From assembly GCA_032718475.1 (NCBI GenBank), contig JAUCBJ010005111.1, forward strand, positions 21,789-85,788: a DNA stretch of 64,000 bases. Direction: 5' to 3'. Numbering within the stretch: position 1 is the first letter of the stretch; the number at the start of each line of letters is the position of its first letter. Under the pieces are notes generated by a model that was not told the origin of the DNA, did not search any database, and was given only the letters and a program-made list of their open reading frames with translations. The stretch is from Nemertoderma westbladi. Taxonomy: Eukaryota; Animalia; Xenacoelomorpha. Positions 60,297 through 64,000 of the stretch are shown one piece after another. The translations under genes and the position numbers were made by a program.

Positions 60297-60542
60297 CCTT
60301 GGTGTAGTGGTCGGTGTTTAGGTTTGTTTAAAGACAAGCAGTACACAGCTTTTTTACATTGTCTCTATACTGTATTTGCCTTTTAGTCATCGATATGTCG
60401 TTCTAGAAATAATATTACAGTATGAATATACTAAAATTGGATCTGGGATATATTCCACTAACTACACCATAGAACTACACTGTATATTAGTTCATACTAT
60501 ACCATGACCGTGGGCCTTTTACGGCACCCGAGACACTATTTA

Positions 60543-60852
60543 GGGCTTCCTGGAAAACACGCAACATCAATAACTGTTCACTCTTCTATAACAACATTTT
60601 ATGTTTTATTTTATATTTTATTTTATTTTATTTATGGTTTATGATTTAAAGTTTATGCATACTGAGTAGAAACTGTTGCGGCATCGGCGCAACAGAAATG
60701 GAATGTCATAGAACGCAACAGAATGTACAAGCCAATGGAATTAGAGTGGAATGTATAAACCAATCTTAGGTTGTTGCGCTGTTGCGCCAATGTTGTTCAT
60801 TGGTTATTGGGCTGTTGCGCCGTTGCGCTGTTGCGTGTTTTCCAGGAAGCCC
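60543..60852. mobile_element. MITE with 24-bp perfect TIRs
   Basis: GGGCTTCCTGGAAAACACGCAACA ... TGTTGCGTGTTTTCCAGGAAGCCC, with TATTTA on both flanks. Confidence 0.85.
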
Positions 60853-61676
60853 TATTTAGTATGGTAATACAATTGAATAAAAAATGAAGGTCTATTGCAG
60901 TTCACTTTAATTTTGATATCGTATAGGCATAGCACATGTGCATTACAGTTATTATTATAAGGATAATACAGTGTATACACGATGTGGTGTAAATTTTTCA
61001 TATCATTAGAAAATTTGCGTTGCAAGGATTCGAAATATGTAACGATGTTTGAACCGAATTTACCTAGCACAGGCACTACTCACCTGACAGCAAATACTGT
61101 AGAATCAATTCCTCTTCACCACTTGGTTTACCTGTCATCTATCTGCCTATTAATTGTTATATAAGTTATATATGTTCTGTATATGTTATGTATATGTTCT
61201 ATATGTTATATATATGTTCTGGACTGGAATGAGTATTCATGACCATGGCGATGGCCATGAACCATGACCACTTATTTATTGACTACTATACATATACAGT
61301 TCTCCCCCCTTCACCCTCGACGGCCCTCTGTTAGTTAAGTTAAGTTACTGTTAGTTAAGCCAACTTGCCCCCCCCCCCCCCCCCCCCCCCAACCCCCACC
61401 CTCGACGGCCTTCTCTGGTTACTGTTAGTTAAGTCAACTTGTTCCACCACGCACCAAGCCAGCAAGCCCTCTTACACGAACGTTCCAGTACTGCAGTAGG
61501 CCTATCAGTCAGTAGCTGCCTACTGTTGTGCTGAGCTGGCCTATTCCACTCATATTAATTATATTACTGTTGTACCAATTTTTATATTTCTGCCACTCAA
61601 TATTTTACTATTTATGAAAGTTGAAGTTGAAAAGACCCATTGTTGTAATCTCTAACTATATACCGTTATATATATA

Positions 61677-62378
61677 ATGGATTTGTCGCCATCCCAAGGT
61701 TCAAGTCGCCAAGCGCAAGGTGGAAGTGGAAGGCGCAACTCTATCAATACAACCGGGACCGGAAAAATCGATAAACAAAAAAAGACAACCCTTAATCCCT
61801 CGGCTGCTCCCAAGAAGTTTGTAAGGACCAGTGTTGAGTGCACTTTCTGCACATCTGTTTGGACAGAAATCTCTGTACCAGTCGAGATCTCCAAACAAAA
61901 CGATTTCGCTACCAAAAAATTTGCTTGTGGGTTCTGTGCAGCTAATCATATTGTTACCTTGGAGGATGACAACCTGCTACTCAACCAAGAAGTAGAATCA
62001 ACAAAGAATACCGTCAAAGATAACATTTGTTCACTAACTGAAATAGAAGGTGAGGAAAAGCTAGTTGTGGGACGTGAATTGTCGGTGTTTCGTTGTGAAA
62101 TTGAGACACTTTTGAATGAGGTAGACGCAAACTATGTTAAACTACAATCGAAAGTGGACAACATTGAGTCCATTGCATCATTTCCTCCCCCTTCTACCGG
62201 GAATGATGGTGATGAAGATAGTGGGGGTACATGGGTGGAAATTGTAAAACGCAACGCAAAACATTTGGAAGACTTAAATAAGAAAATTGTGCAACAAAAG
62301 GTGGAACCCTCTAGTAACAGTATAGAGAAGGTAATCCGACTTAATGACCAACGGAAACGGAATGTCATTATACATGGA
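61677..62378 (+). pseudogene. CR1/L2-type LINE ORF1 (PHD-like Cys motif, coiled coil), interrupted
   Basis: CTFC...FACGFC, coiled coil, WVEIV, RKRNVIIHG. Cut by an insertion at 62379. Confidence 0.7.
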
Positions 62379-62649
62379 TAGGGATGTCCCGGAATTCCGT
62401 TCCGGCCGGAATTCCGGCGGTTTTTGCCCGATTCCGGTTCCGGCCGGAATTGCCGGAATGGGGTCAATTCCGGCCGGAATTTTACCGGAATTACCAGGTT
62501 CCTAACTAGTTTGATAGTTGCAATTAGTTTGTTAAATTATTATCAACATTTATATATTTTTTAAACATTATTACCAATTAGTTTAAAATACTTTTCAACA
62601 CTTGTAAAAAAGTATAGAAATGAAGTTTTCTTCGACCGTTAGAGCTAAC

Positions 62650-62805
62650 ATTTAAGGATGCAAGGCATAGATGCCCCATGGTTAGCCCCTTCAAACCATT
62701 CGTGCTAAATATAAAACTGCATTGGCCCACATGGTGGGATCGAACCCACGACCTCCAGATAGATTGGAAATCAATGCAACCACTATTACCATGCACCAAG
62801 GTGGA
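62650..62805 (-). mobile_element. Partial tRNA-derived SINE, second copy
   Basis: Clear similarity to 60152-60296, including the B box. Confidence 0.7.
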
Positions 62806-63025
62806 ATCTAACTAACCTATCTAACGAGGGAAAATTCTCAGCCACCCTGTTTAGTTTATTAAAGTGAATGCAGTCCTGATGGGTATATGTAACACATTTC
62901 CAAAAAAAATTCACCTGGTAATGAAACTAAAATGGTCCCACCATATGTTACACCACCTACTGTAGTATTCCTATACAATTCACAAAAACCATCGTAATTT
63001 ACATTAACTAATGAAATGCATCAAT

Positions 63026-63350
63026 AGGCCCGTGCCCCACTGGCCAGAATGTCAAAATGAATGCCTCCTTGCTCAATAGGTAACACGAGTCTTAAGTCAT
63101 TTGATAAAAAATATAAGATGCGTCTCACATTTACTGCATATTTATACCCAAAGTAACCAATCACAGGCCTCTTGCCGGATATAACACATGTTTCATATGT
63201 CAAAAGATGGAACATGGGACATAATCACTTACGACTCATAGGTCGTAATTTACGACTTACCAGTGGAGACGCTCCCATTGAACCAATGTGTTCCATAATT
63301 TATTCTGACTAAGACTACCTACATAAGACTTACCAGTGGAGCACGGGCCT
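63026..63350. mobile_element. Small MITE (Harbinger-like ends)
   Basis: AGGCCCGTGCCCCACTGG vs CCAGTGGAGCACGGGCCT inverted termini. TSD unclear. Confidence 0.6.
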
Positions 63351-64000
63351 TAAAGTGGTTTTTCCAATTTGCTTTTTAAAATTTGTTTATAAAATGGCGT
63401 TTTTAGATAATATTATGATTGGTATTATATCGTCCAATGTGCGTCGTAGGTGCTGCATAATATACTAGTTTTAATTATATTTACAATAAAGCTATTTCTT
63501 ATCATAAATCTATTTATTCCCAGCAATAATTAAACTGTAACAAGTACTATTGGCCTCGTTCATTGTTTTGGTTCGAATAACATGTCACAGTAACATGCTC
63601 CTTTCCCTTAAAGACACCAGGATATTGCACCAAAGGACCTAATGACGCGAAACCAAAGGTTTTTGGTTAACGTGGGTTTTTAGGTATGAGTCTAAAAAGT
63701 TACAGATTTTAGAAAAAAATTATATTGAATTCCCTGTCGTTCAATGCCGAAGTACCATCCCGTCCCCATAAGGGCCCAGGCCATTCTCCACTCCACCCAC
63801 CTTAATTCCCCCCAAGGTTCTGATTCATCTCATTATCAAACTTAGCTGTAGAAATTAAAAAAAATCATTTGTTTCACAAAAAATTTACAAAGTGTCATGG
63901 GTCATTTAGTGTATTTCACTAATTATAGAAAATTCCGGTTCCGGCCGGAATTCCGGCCGGAATATTCCGGCATGTTGAATTCCGGTTCCGGTTCCGGCCG

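Larger units (their letters stand above)
62379..64000. mobile_element. hAT-like non-autonomous element (right end beyond the window)
   Basis: Starts TAGGGATG. Clusters of CCGGAATTCCGG subterminal repeats at 62389-62492 and 63930-64000. Confidence 0.7.

Overview
Eukaryotic (probably invertebrate metazoan), AT-rich, transposon-packed window with no clearly supportable conventional multi-exon host gene. It holds three BEL/Pao LTR retrotransposons (E1 2347-14069 minus, E2 17843-28767 plus, E3 37332-54908 plus) and the end of a fourth related LTR at the left edge. Also present: an RTE-like LINE split by nested insertions, a non-autonomous piggyBac-type element, a 15-bp satellite, several TIR elements/MITEs, tRNA-derived SINEs, a CR1/L2-type ORF1, and an intronless ORF with an ATF7IP/Windei-type FN3 domain. 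Most interesting signal: both BEL elements that retain their 5' leader (E1, E2) lack a tRNA-type TGG primer-binding site. Instead the 11-13 nt abutting the 5' LTR are the exact reverse complement of a segment inside their own LTR, a Tf1-like self-priming geometry. The same group of elements carries, after pol, an accessory ORF with a DEDDy-type 3'-5' exonuclease plus three CCHC knuckles (E2, E3; N-terminal remnant in E1). All comparisons were made by eye; nothing was searched or computed.
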